A DNA stretch of 50,181 bases from Rhodanobacter sp. (GTDB lineage: Bacteria > Pseudomonadota > Gammaproteobacteria > Xanthomonadales > Rhodanobacteraceae). Below are positions 18,658-28,885 of this stretch, one piece after another (the first letter of the stretch is position 1; the number at the start of each line of letters is the position of its first letter). A model generated the notes under the pieces. The model saw only the letters and a list, made by a program, of their open reading frames with translations, was not told the origin of the DNA and made no database searches. A program made the position numbers and the translations under genes. Location of the stretch: positions 1 through 50,181 of the forward strand of contig DATNBK010000243.1 in NCBI GenBank assembly GCA_035571995.1, in the 5' to 3' direction.

Positions 18658-20427
18658 TCAGAAATCCGGACCGATCACGATGTGCAGCTGCACGCCGTGC
18701 TCGTCCTTGTTGTGGATGGGCGTGCCCAGATCCACGCGGATCATGCCCACGGGCGACAGCCAACGCACGCCGAGGCCGGCACCGATCTTTGGCCTGTAGT
18801 CGGTGCCGTTGAAGGCATTGCCGGTGTCGACGAAGGCGGCCATGCCCCACTTGGGGGTGAAGTAATGCTCCACCTCGCTGCTGGCGACCAGCAGGTTGCG
18901 GCCACCGATGACGCGGTCGAACTTGTTGCGCGGTCCGATCGACTGGTACCCGTAGCCACGCACCGAGCGGTCGCCGCCGGCAAAGAAGCGCAGCTGCGGC
19001 GGCAGTGCGGAAAAATCATTGGTCCAGGTGGTGCCGACGCTGCCGCGCAGGATCAAGCGGTTGTTGCCGGCAAAGGCGCGTATCCATTTCACGTCGCCCA
19101 GCACTTGGCTGAAGCTGGCGTCCGACAGCAGGGTGCCGGCCGTGCTGCGTGCGGCAAGGGTCACCGACCAGCCCCGCCGCACGAAGGTGGGGTTATCGCC
19201 CTGTTTGCGCGACAGCGAGGCTTCGGCAAACACCTCGGTGCTGTTGCCGCGTTCGATGCCGAAGGTGTTGTCCGGTTCGCCGCCTTTCTTGCCCACGGTG
19301 AACGTGCCGGACAGCGCGTGCACACCCAGGGTGCGCGTCCAGCCGTGCCAAAGCCGGGTCTCGTTGCCCACCAGTTCCAGCGTGCGCGATTTCGAGGTGG
19401 CGGTATTGGCGTCGCGGAAATTCGCGCCAAAGTTGTAGCTGCGCTGGCTGTCGCCAGGCATCGGGATCGAGTACAGGCTCGAGAGCGTCTTCAGCTTCTG
19501 CGCCACGACCAGCTCGTTCTTCCACTTGTGCCCGCGCCGATTCACCCAGCGTCGCTCCATGCTTGCGCGCACGCCGAAGCCGGTGTCGGTGCCGATGAAC
19601 GGTCCGCCGGTGTAGATCGTGCGCTTGGCCGGCGCGAGCTGGACGTCGACGTCGACCGTGCCGTCCTTGGCATGGTCCATGTCGGGCAGCACGTTGACCA
19701 CGTCGAAATAATCCGCGCCGTTCAGCGCCTGCTGCAGTTGCAGCAACTGATCCTGGACGAAGTAATCGCCGGGCTTGAACGGCACGTAGCGGTCGAGGAA
19801 GCCGTCGTTGAACTGCGAGCCCTCGAAGTGCACCTGGCCGAAGCGGTAGCGCTGGCCCACCTTCCAGGCCAGGTGGATCGTCGCGCTGTGCGTCCCGCGC
19901 GTCACCTCCACCCGGTGCGTGGTCATCCGCGCGTCGAGGTAGCCGTAGGCCGTGAGCTGGGCGCCCAGGGCATCGCGGGCGTCGTCGTAGGTGCCATCGT
20001 TCAGCGGCTTGTCGCGCATCTGCTCGATGGTGCGGCGTGCACGCCGGATGGCCGGGATCTTTTCCGCATCGCCATCCAGGGTCACGTCCACCGACGTGAC
20101 CACGACCGGCGCACCCGGCTGCACGTGCAGGGTGACCTTCCAGTCGTCGCCGCTCTGCTGCAGGTCGCCGGTCGTCTGCGCCTCGTAATAGCCATAGGGC
20201 CGCAAGGCGGCGCGAATCTCGTCCGGGGCGCGCTCGTAGAGGCGGCGCACCTGCGCCGCGCTCACCGTGCGCGTGCGGTAGGCCGAAAGGCTCAGGCCGT
20301 CGATGGCGGCGGCGCGCAGCGGATCGTCGATGCCGTCCACGACGAGCTGCACGCCGGCATGGGCCAGGCCCGCCAGCAGGAGCAGTGGCACCAGCAGCAG
20401 GCTCCGGCGGCGGTGGAGGCGGTGCAT
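18658..20427 (-). CDS. tamA: Omp85-family autotransporter assembly factor TamA
   Basis: POTRA region (ALRPYGYY), loop-6 motif RFFAGGDRSVRGY and C-terminal SPVGMIRVDLG...IGPDF. Confidence 0.93.
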   Translation of the reverse strand: MHRLHRRRSLLLVPLLLLAGLAHAGVQLVVDGIDDPLRAAAIDGLSLSAYRTRTVSAAQVRRLYERAPDEIRAALRPYGYYEAQTTGDLQQSGDDWKVTLHVQPGAPVVVTSVDVTLDGDAEKIPAIRRARRTIEQMRDKPLNDGTYDDARDALGAQLTAYGYLDARMTTHRVEVTRGTHSATIHLAWKVGQRYRFGQVHFEGSQFNDGFLDRYVPFKPGDYFVQDQLLQLQQALNGADYFDVVNVLPDMDHAKDGTVDVDVQLAPAKRTIYTGGPFIGTDTGFGVRASMERRWVNRRGHKWKNELVVAQKLKTLSSLYSIPMPGDSQRSYNFGANFRDANTATSKSRTLELVGNETRLWHGWTRTLGVHALSGTFTVGKKGGEPDNTFGIERGNSTEVFAEASLSRKQGDNPTFVRRGWSVTLAARSTAGTLLSDASFSQVLGDVKWIRAFAGNNRLILRGSVGTTWTNDFSALPPQLRFFAGGDRSVRGYGYQSIGPRNKFDRVIGGRNLLVASSEVEHYFTPKWGMAAFVDTGNAFNGTDYRPKIGAGLGVRWLSPVGMIRVDLGTPIHNKDEHGVQLHIVIGPDF

Positions 20428-20527
20428 GCGCAGTTTATGGCCCCGGCAAGGCGTGTCGACAGAGACCCCACTTTAACGGCTCCCCCGTCAATGGCATATG
20501 ACGGCCTCGCTCCATAGCGTCCCTCCT

Positions 20528-20560
20528 GTGGGAGCCCGCCTGCGGACAATGCCCTTGCTC
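20528..20560. repeat. Degenerate REP-like element
   Basis: GTGGGAGCCCGCCTGCGGACAATGC: a GTRG-like head followed by an imperfect palindrome (CCGC-CT-GCGG), intergenic. Copy number cannot be checked here. Confidence 0.35.
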
Positions 20561-20613
20561 TCCAGCTCGCGCCGGTCGCACGGCACTCCCGGCGAGGGGC
20601 AGGTGCCTGGAGC

Positions 20614-23271
20614 TCAGCCGGCCTTGTCGCCGGAGCGGTGGGCGATCCAGGCGACCGCCACGGCGGACAGGTAGGGCAGCGACTGCGCGGCGAGGATGAA
20701 CATCCACAGCGTGCCCTCGATGAAGCGCGTGCCGTAGCTCGTAGCCATGCCGATGATGGCCAGGATCAAGGCCACGGCCATCAGCAGTTCCTCGCGCGCC
20801 GGGGCAAACGCTGCCAGGCTGGATTGGCCTAGCCGCCGGCTCTTGGCGGTGACCACGAAGGCGGTCTTCTTGCGCGTCAGCCCGTGCAGGATGCCGCGCG
20901 CGATCGCGTGCGACAGGCTCATGCTGGCGACCGAGGCCATCAGCGTGTCGCGCCAGCCGCATGGCACGCGCGCGCGATACAGCACGATGCCGAAGATCAT
21001 CTTGGCGAAAAAGAAGCCAATCACCGGGATCAGGAACAACTGCATCGGCAGGCTGAAGAGTGCCGGGAACGCGATCATGCCCGCCGTCCAATACAGCGCC
21101 ATCAGGGTGAAGACCAGCAGCAGCGCATCGGCAAACCAGCTGAACCAGCCGGTGAGGAAGTGGAAGCGCTGGCCGCTGGAGAGCGGTCCCTTCTGCGTCA
21201 TCCAGTCCCAGCGGCCCTTCAGGATCTGCATGGCGCCGAAGGCCCAGCGGTAGCGCTGGCTCTTGTAGGCCTTGAAATCGGCCGGGGTGAGGCCCTTGCC
21301 CATCAGTTCGTCGACGTAGACGAGCTCGTAACCGGCGTGCATCAGACGCAGGCCAAGCTCGGCATCCTCGCAGATCGTCCACTCCGACCAGCCGCCGGTG
21401 CCTTCCAGCGCGCTGCGCCGGACCATGGTCATGGTGCCGTGCTGGATGATCGCATTGCGCTCGTTGCGATGGTGCATGCCAATGCGGAAGAAGCCGTCGT
21501 ACTCCCACGCGGTCATGCGCCGGAACGGGTTGTGCGCAAACTCGCGGTGCGCCTGCGGGCATTGCACCACGGCAACCTTCGGGTCGTGGAAATACCCGGT
21601 GAGGCTGGCGAGCCAGTCCTTGCGCACCACGTAGTCGGCGTCGATCACCGCCACCACGTCGGCCGTGGGCTCGGTTTCCTTCAGGCCGAAGTTCAGGGCG
21701 CCGGCCTTGTAGCCAGGCCAGGGTTCCAGGTGGAAGAAGCGGAAGCGCTTGCCCAGCTTTTCGCAATGTGCCTGCACCGGCTGCCAGACGTTTGGATCCT
21801 TGGTGTTGTTGTCGATCACCAGCACTTCGTAGTTGGCGTAGTCCAGCGCGGCGAGCGAGTCGAGCGTGACCATGACCATTTCCGGCGGCTCGTTGTAGCA
21901 GGCCAGGTGGATCGAAACGAACGGTTGGTGCTCGGGTGGATCGGGCTTGAGCATGCCCGCGTTGCGTATCCAACGGCGCCGCCACAGCACCTCGGTGAAT
22001 TCGAAGCCGTTGATCAGTAGGATGGCGATGATCGCGATGGTCGCCGGGAACAGCAGCGTGAGCATGGTCCAGTCGATCCAGCTCAGGTAGAACGCGAACG
22101 GCAGCGTGGCTGCCCACACGATCAGCGCGCACGCAAGCTGGACCAGGACGGCAAAGAACACCCGGCCCATCAGCTTGAAGCGCGCGAAGCGGCGCGCGAA
22201 CAGGATCATCGGCAGCAGCGCCAGCAGGCTTGCCGCCAGCGCCTTCCATGGCCAGGCGGTGTCCTCGGTGACCGGGCCGGTGAACGGGAACTTCAGTTGC
22301 CGGTCGGCGTTGAACATGCCCCAATACGCGCCGGTGCGGCCCTCGCCCAGGTTCTCCTTCCACGGCTGGTCGAACGCTTCCATCACGTAGTAGTCGATGC
22401 CAATGCCCTTGGCGACGTTGAACCACTGGCGCAGGAAGATCGCCTCGTTGGATACCGACGGTGTGGCGAAGTGGAAGCGGTCGCCATTGGACGGCCAGCC
22501 GATCTCGCCGACCACGATCAGCTTGTGCGGGTACAGTTGCTGCAGGTGGCGATAACGGGCCAGCGCATCACTGATCGCGTCCTTGCGCGCAATGCCGTTC
22601 CAGTACGGGAACAGGTGCACGGTGATGAAGTCCACGTGCTCAACCAGCTCGGGATATTTCTCCCAGATGTGCCAAGGCTCGGCCGTGGACACCGGTTGGT
22701 GCAGGGCCGCGCGCACGCGGTCGAGGTAGGTCATGAGCTTCTGCGGGGTGATGTCCTCGCGCAGCAGCACTTCGTTGCCGACGATGGCGCGGTTGATCGT
22801 GCCTGGATAGCGGCGCGCCTGGGCGATCAGGGCCGCGATCTCCTGTTCGTTGTTGTCGAGCCGGCGGTCGATCCACGCCCCGGCCATCACCTTCAGCCCG
22901 TAGCGCTCGGCGAGCCGCGGCACCTGCGGGTTCTGCAGCATCGAGTAGGTGCGGATGCGCGTCGAGTAGCGGCTGACCAGGCGCAGGTCGGAGTCGATCT
23001 GCGCATCGCTGGGGAAATCGCCGGTGAGCGGGTTCTGGTAGCGCCGGAATGGCGAGAACGCAAAGCCGCTGATCGGGCCGTGCCAATCCGCCGGACCGTG
23101 CGGCAGATTGCTCCACCACCACAGGCCCATGTTGAGTGCGGCGATGAGCAGCGCCAGCACGAGCGCGCTGAACAGCGCGTAGCGGCTGGTAGGAGGGGTG
23201 GCGCTGGCGCTCAACGAGTTTCCCGGACAAAGCCTGCGCAACAGGCGGTACAGCCCCGCGAGCTTACCCAA
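20614..23271 (-). CDS. ndvB: NdvB-like bifunctional GH17 + GT2 membrane protein (putative cyclic/periplasmic beta-1,3-glucan synthesis)
   Basis: GH17 catalytic segments VGNEVLLR and VGEIGWPS. GT2 motifs KAGALN, IDAD, CEDAE and QRYRW. TM helices present. True start may be TTG near 23214. Confidence 0.8.
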   Translation of the reverse strand: MGKLAGLYRLLRRLCPGNSLSASATPPTSRYALFSALVLALLIAALNMGLWWWSNLPHGPADWHGPISGFAFSPFRRYQNPLTGDFPSDAQIDSDLRLVSRYSTRIRTYSMLQNPQVPRLAERYGLKVMAGAWIDRRLDNNEQEIAALIAQARRYPGTINRAIVGNEVLLREDITPQKLMTYLDRVRAALHQPVSTAEPWHIWEKYPELVEHVDFITVHLFPYWNGIARKDAISDALARYRHLQQLYPHKLIVVGEIGWPSNGDRFHFATPSVSNEAIFLRQWFNVAKGIGIDYYVMEAFDQPWKENLGEGRTGAYWGMFNADRQLKFPFTGPVTEDTAWPWKALAASLLALLPMILFARRFARFKLMGRVFFAVLVQLACALIVWAATLPFAFYLSWIDWTMLTLLFPATIAIIAILLINGFEFTEVLWRRRWIRNAGMLKPDPPEHQPFVSIHLACYNEPPEMVMVTLDSLAALDYANYEVLVIDNNTKDPNVWQPVQAHCEKLGKRFRFFHLEPWPGYKAGALNFGLKETEPTADVVAVIDADYVVRKDWLASLTGYFHDPKVAVVQCPQAHREFAHNPFRRMTAWEYDGFFRIGMHHRNERNAIIQHGTMTMVRRSALEGTGGWSEWTICEDAELGLRLMHAGYELVYVDELMGKGLTPADFKAYKSQRYRWAFGAMQILKGRWDWMTQKGPLSSGQRFHFLTGWFSWFADALLLVFTLMALYWTAGMIAFPALFSLPMQLFLIPVIGFFFAKMIFGIVLYRARVPCGWRDTLMASVASMSLSHAIARGILHGLTRKKTAFVVTAKSRRLGQSSLAAFAPAREELLMAVALILAIIGMATSYGTRFIEGTLWMFILAAQSLPYLSAVAVAWIAHRSGDKAG

Positions 23272-23363
23272 AGCATGGTATCGGGCTCAATGAATTCCGC
23301 CAGCGGCGGTCAGCGCAAGGTCAGCGGAGGCGGCGTGCAGTTTTGGGAGTCCCTTGTGGACGC

Positions 23364-23393
23364 GCGATGCTTTCCTCGATGTGAAAGCCTCGC
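23364..23393. repeat. Hairpin / degenerate REP-doublet remnant at the left edge of the iol locus
   Basis: GCGATGCTTTC-N8-GAAAGCCTCGC (10/11 paired), preceded by TTGGGAG. Confidence 0.4.
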
Positions 23394-23418
23394 CCGCCAG
23401 CGCACGCACACTGTGGAG

Positions 23419-24237
23419 TTATGCCGGGGCGGACCGATCGGCGAAGGCCTGGTTAAGACGCTCCATCAGCACACCGTGGATGGCTCCGTTGGAGGCGCAG
23501 ACGGTGCCGCCCTGCAGATCGAGCGCCGTGCCAGTCGCCGAGGTGACCATGCCGCCGGCCTCGCGTACCAGGATCACGCCTGGTGCCATGTCCCAGGACT
23601 TGAGCGCACGTTCCCAGTAGGCGTCCCAGCGGCCGGCGGCGACGTAGGCCATGTCCACCGAGCAGGCGCCGGTGCGGCGGATGCCGGCGGTACGCGGCGA
23701 GAGCAAGGCCATCTCGCGGGCAAACACCGGATGGTCGGGTTTGCCGGCAAACGGGATGCCGCATGCAACCAGGCTGTCCACCAGGCGATGGCGGCTGGAG
23801 ACGTGGATGCGCTCGCCGTTGAGCCAGGCGCCGGCGCCTTGCTCGGCGACGTACATTTCGCCCAGGGCCGGCAACCAGCTGACGCCAGCCACCACCTCGC
23901 CCTCGCGCACCAGGGCCACGTTGACGCCCCATAGCGGCGTGCCAAACAGGAAGTTGGTGGTGCCATCCAGCGGGTCGACGACCCAGCTCTCGCCAGAATC
24001 GCGACCAATGGTCGTGCCGCCTTCCTCGCCGACGAAGCCGAACTTCGGATGCAGCTTGCCCAGCCTGTCGTGAATGCTGCGCTCGGCCTCCTCGTCGGCA
24101 ATCGAAACCAGGTCCGCCGGCCCGGTCTTGGTGCGTATCTGCAGCTCTCCAAGCTGGCTGAAGCGCCGCATCAGGCCGGCGCCGGCAGCCTCGGCCGCGC
24201 CGATCATGGCCTGAAGTTCACTTGAGGCTTGAAGCAT
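23419..24237 (-). CDS. Inositol monophosphatase family protein
   Basis: DLVSIAD, GEE, WVVDPLDGTTNF and WDMAPG motifs. Last gene of the iol operon, 3 bp after the transporter stop. Confidence 0.92.
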   Translation of the reverse strand: MLQASSELQAMIGAAEAAGAGLMRRFSQLGELQIRTKTGPADLVSIADEEAERSIHDRLGKLHPKFGFVGEEGGTTIGRDSGESWVVDPLDGTTNFLFGTPLWGVNVALVREGEVVAGVSWLPALGEMYVAEQGAGAWLNGERIHVSSRHRLVDSLVACGIPFAGKPDHPVFAREMALLSPRTAGIRRTGACSVDMAYVAAGRWDAYWERALKSWDMAPGVILVREAGGMVTSATGTALDLQGGTVCASNGAIHGVLMERLNQAFADRSAPA

Positions 24238-24240
24238 GGA

Positions 24241-25587
24241 TCAGTCCCTCCGTCGCACGCGCCACAGACTCAGCGCCAGCAGCATGGAAACCACCGAGGC
24301 GCCGATCCAGAAGCTGATCGCCGGACCGAAGTTGTAGTGATGCACGCCATCGACGACGGTGGTGCCTTGCTGGAGCAGACGTCCGGAAACCTGCTCCTCG
24401 ATGCCCGCGCCGATATAGCTGAAGATGCCGATCACGCCCATGGCTGCGCCGGCCACGCGCTTGGGCGCGATGTCCACGGCAAACAGGCCGCCCAGCGAGG
24501 TCACCAGTCCGGTCAGGCCCATGCCGTAGAGCAGCATGCTCACGATCAGCATCGGCAGGTTCGTCGGGCCGAAGAACAGCAGGCCCAGGCCGGTGAGCTC
24601 CAGCACTGCGAACATCAGGTTGACCGGCGGTCGACGTGCCTCGAACCACTCGTCGGAAATGAATCCGAACGCCACCGCCCCGACGATGCCCGCCAGCGTG
24701 CTGATCATCAACAAGGTGCCCGCCATCTCCAACGAATAGCCGCGTTCGGTCTGCAGGTAGAGGATGCCCCAGGAGTCGATTGCATAGCGGGCCACGTAGT
24801 TGGTGGCCGAGGCCAGGCACAGGATCCAGATCGACGGCAGCTTCAGGATCGACAGCTGTAGCGCCCACACGGACTTGATGTCCTGCCGCTTGGCCTCGCC
24901 GAAGCTGTCGTGCTTCCAGTCGTTGACGGCGGGTAGGCCCAGGGTTTGCGGGCGGTCCTGCAGCAACAGGTAGGCGCCGATCGCGGTGATCACACCGAGG
25001 ACGCCCGGGGCCCAATAACCCGCACGCCAACCGAACGTCGCCACCACCGCGCCGATGCCGACGAAGGTCAGCCCTTCCCCGATCGAATGCGCCGTGCTCC
25101 AGATGCCGTAGGTGCGGCCGCGCTCGTGGTTGGAGTACCACGCGGTCATGGCCACCACGCCGCCCGGCGCGCCGAAACTCTGGAACCAGCCGTTCAAGCC
25201 CCACACGACCACGGCCAGCCACAGCGTGGTGATGAAACCCATGGCCAGGTTGCACAGGGCCGTGGTCAGGAAGGCCACGGCCAGGAAGCGCTTCATGTTG
25301 GCGTGGTCGGCCAGGAAGCCGTTGGTCAGTTTGCCGACCGCGTAGGTGAAGAACAGCGCCGAGCCGATCATGCCCAGTTCGCTCGGGGTGAAGATGCCGG
25401 CGTCGAGGAGGGGCTTCTTCACCACGCCGAGCGCCAGCCGGCAGGTATAGATCAGGCCATAGCCGAGCGTGATCGCCAGCATGACGCGCAGGCGGTGTTT
25501 GCGGTACAGGCGATCGATCGTGCCTTGGTCGGCAATTGTCGGCAGATCCGCACCGGTTGCGAAAAACCTCAGCCAGCTAGCGGTCAT
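24241..25587 (-). CDS. MFS organophosphate:Pi antiporter family transporter (GlpT/UhpT/UhpC-like)
   Basis: GlpT-like segments YTCR (TM1 Arg), YAVGKL, LNGWFQSFG, ERGRTYGIWSTAH (His) and YVARY (TM7 Arg). Confidence 0.88.
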   Translation of the reverse strand: MTASWLRFFATGADLPTIADQGTIDRLYRKHRLRVMLAITLGYGLIYTCRLALGVVKKPLLDAGIFTPSELGMIGSALFFTYAVGKLTNGFLADHANMKRFLAVAFLTTALCNLAMGFITTLWLAVVVWGLNGWFQSFGAPGGVVAMTAWYSNHERGRTYGIWSTAHSIGEGLTFVGIGAVVATFGWRAGYWAPGVLGVITAIGAYLLLQDRPQTLGLPAVNDWKHDSFGEAKRQDIKSVWALQLSILKLPSIWILCLASATNYVARYAIDSWGILYLQTERGYSLEMAGTLLMISTLAGIVGAVAFGFISDEWFEARRPPVNLMFAVLELTGLGLLFFGPTNLPMLIVSMLLYGMGLTGLVTSLGGLFAVDIAPKRVAGAAMGVIGIFSYIGAGIEEQVSGRLLQQGTTVVDGVHHYNFGPAISFWIGASVVSMLLALSLWRVRRRD

Positions 25588-25676
25588 GTCGAATCCCCTC
25601 GATGGGCCGGGACCTGGTCGCCGGCAAATTGCAGTCGGCCCGCGTCATCTCGGCGCCGCCGGAACAGGCGCCTGGG

Positions 25677-27173
<1,497 letters not shown>

Positions 27174-27176
27174 GGC

Positions 27177-27995
27177 TCACTCCTTGGATGAGGTACGTCG
27201 AGCGATCCAGTCGTGTGCCGGGTCGTTGCGGAAGATCCACTGGCGGTGCTGGCCCGCCATCACATTGAGGTAATACAGGTCGTAGCCGTGCGGCGTGCCG
27301 ACTGGGTGGTAGCCGCGCGGCACCAGCACCACGTCGCCGTCCTCCACGCAGACGGTTTCGTCGAGCGCGCGGTCGTCGGTGTACACGCGCTGGAAAGCGA
27401 AACCCTGTGCCGGTTGCAGCCGGTGGTAATAGGTTTCCTCCAGCGCGGTTTCCGCTTCCGCGGCCGCGGTGTCGTGCTTGTGCGGCGGGTAGCTGGACCA
27501 GTGCCCGCCGGGCGTGATCACCTCGACCACCAGCAGGCTGTCGGCGGGTTCGGTCTGCGGCAGGATGTTGCGCACGTAGCGCGTGTTGGTGCCGGTGCCG
27601 CGCACCTCGCGGCTCATGGCCGATTCGTTGATCAGCCGGGGCTGGCCCTGGCCGGTGCCTGGCGCGCTGCATACGGCCAGTTCGACCGGGCCGCTGGCGA
27701 CCACCTCGTAGCGGCCGCCGGCGGGCACGTAGACGGCGCCGGGGGCGCGGTCCTCGAAAGGGCTGCTGCGGCCGCCGACGTGGGTGTAGCGCTGGCCGTC
27801 GACCGTGACGTCGGCCATGCCGGCCACGACCACCAGGCAGGTCTCGCGTCCCGCCTCGCCGCCGGCATGGCGCTGGCCAGCGGCCAGTCTCACCACCTTG
27901 AAACCGACGTATTTCCAACCGGCGCTGGCTGGGGTCACCTCGAGCACGCTGCCGTCGGCGGTGGCGGGATGCTGGCGAACGCGCAGGGAGGTCAT
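27177..27995 (-). CDS. iolB: 5-deoxy-glucuronate isomerase (272 aa)
   Basis: WSSYPPHKHD, LEETYYH, VPRGYHP and YYLNVMAG motifs. ATG at 27995 overlaps the iolE stop (TGATG). Confidence 0.93.
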   Translation of the reverse strand: MTSLRVRQHPATADGSVLEVTPASAGWKYVGFKVVRLAAGQRHAGGEAGRETCLVVVAGMADVTVDGQRYTHVGGRSSPFEDRAPGAVYVPAGGRYEVVASGPVELAVCSAPGTGQGQPRLINESAMSREVRGTGTNTRYVRNILPQTEPADSLLVVEVITPGGHWSSYPPHKHDTAAAEAETALEETYYHRLQPAQGFAFQRVYTDDRALDETVCVEDGDVVLVPRGYHPVGTPHGYDLYYLNVMAGQHRQWIFRNDPAHDWIARRTSSKE

Positions 27996-28885
27996 CAACG
28001 TAGTCCTGCTTCCGCCGCCAGGTCCTGCAGCGTGGTGAGGCCGAGCCTGGCATAGGTGCGGGGGTCGGCCAGGGCCGGATCCTGCTCGGCCTCGATCACG
28101 ATCCAGCCCTGGTAATGCATCGCCGCCAGCGCCGCCATGATGGCCGCGTAGTCCAGGTCGCCATCTCCCGGCACGGTGAACATGCCGGCCAACACGCCGT
28201 CGAGGAAGCTGGATCCTGCATCGCGCACCGCGTCGAACACGGACCGGCGCACGTCCTTGCAGTGCACGTGGGCGATGCGCCCGGGATGCTCGCGGATGAC
28301 CTGCACCGGATCGATGCCGCCCAGCGTCGCGTGCCCGGTGTCCAGGGTCAGCCCGACGGCGGGACCGGTGTAGGCGAGGAAGGCGCGCAGGTCCTCTGGT
28401 CGTTCGACCACGGTACCCAGGTGATGGTGGTAGGCAAAGCGGAGGCCCTGGTCCTGGATGTGGTCGGCCACTTCGGTCATGCGCCGGCCGAAGCGCGGCC
28501 ACTCAGCCGCATCCAGGCGCGGCGTATCGCGCAGGCTGCGGTCGCGCCGGCCATGGATCGCATTGCTGGTCTCGGCAAAGACGAACACCGTGCTGCCCAT
28601 GGCCTTGAGCAGGGCCAGGTGCGGCTGCAAGGCCGTGATCTCGTCCTGCGCCGAGCGCTCGAGCAGCGAGCCGCTGTACCAGCCGCCGATCAGGTCCAGC
28701 CGATAGCGCGCCAGCAGTGGTTTCAAGGTAGCCGCGTCACGCGGGAACTTGCCGCCGAGTTCCACCCCCTCGAAGCCGAGCTCCTGGATGTCGCCGAGGA
28801 TGCTCTCCAGCGGCGTGTCGCCGCCGAGTTCGGGCATGTCGTCGTTGGCCCAGGCGATCGGGCTGACGCCGAAACGGATACTCAT
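27995..28885 (-). CDS. iolE: myo-inosose-2 dehydratase (296 aa)
   Basis: SPIAWANDDMPELGG, YHHHLGT, DTGH, HCKD and EAEQDP motifs. ATGA overlap with iolD. Confidence 0.94.
   Translation of the reverse strand: MSIRFGVSPIAWANDDMPELGGDTPLESILGDIQELGFEGVELGGKFPRDAATLKPLLARYRLDLIGGWYSGSLLERSAQDEITALQPHLALLKAMGSTVFVFAETSNAIHGRRDRSLRDTPRLDAAEWPRFGRRMTEVADHIQDQGLRFAYHHHLGTVVERPEDLRAFLAYTGPAVGLTLDTGHATLGGIDPVQVIREHPGRIAHVHCKDVRRSVFDAVRDAGSSFLDGVLAGMFTVPGDGDLDYAAIMAALAAMHYQGWIVIEAEQDPALADPRTYARLGLTTLQDLAAEAGLR

Noticed and set aside
16612-20517. 1301-aa plus-strand ORF
   Set aside because: Antisense to tamA/tamB, which have clear family motifs.
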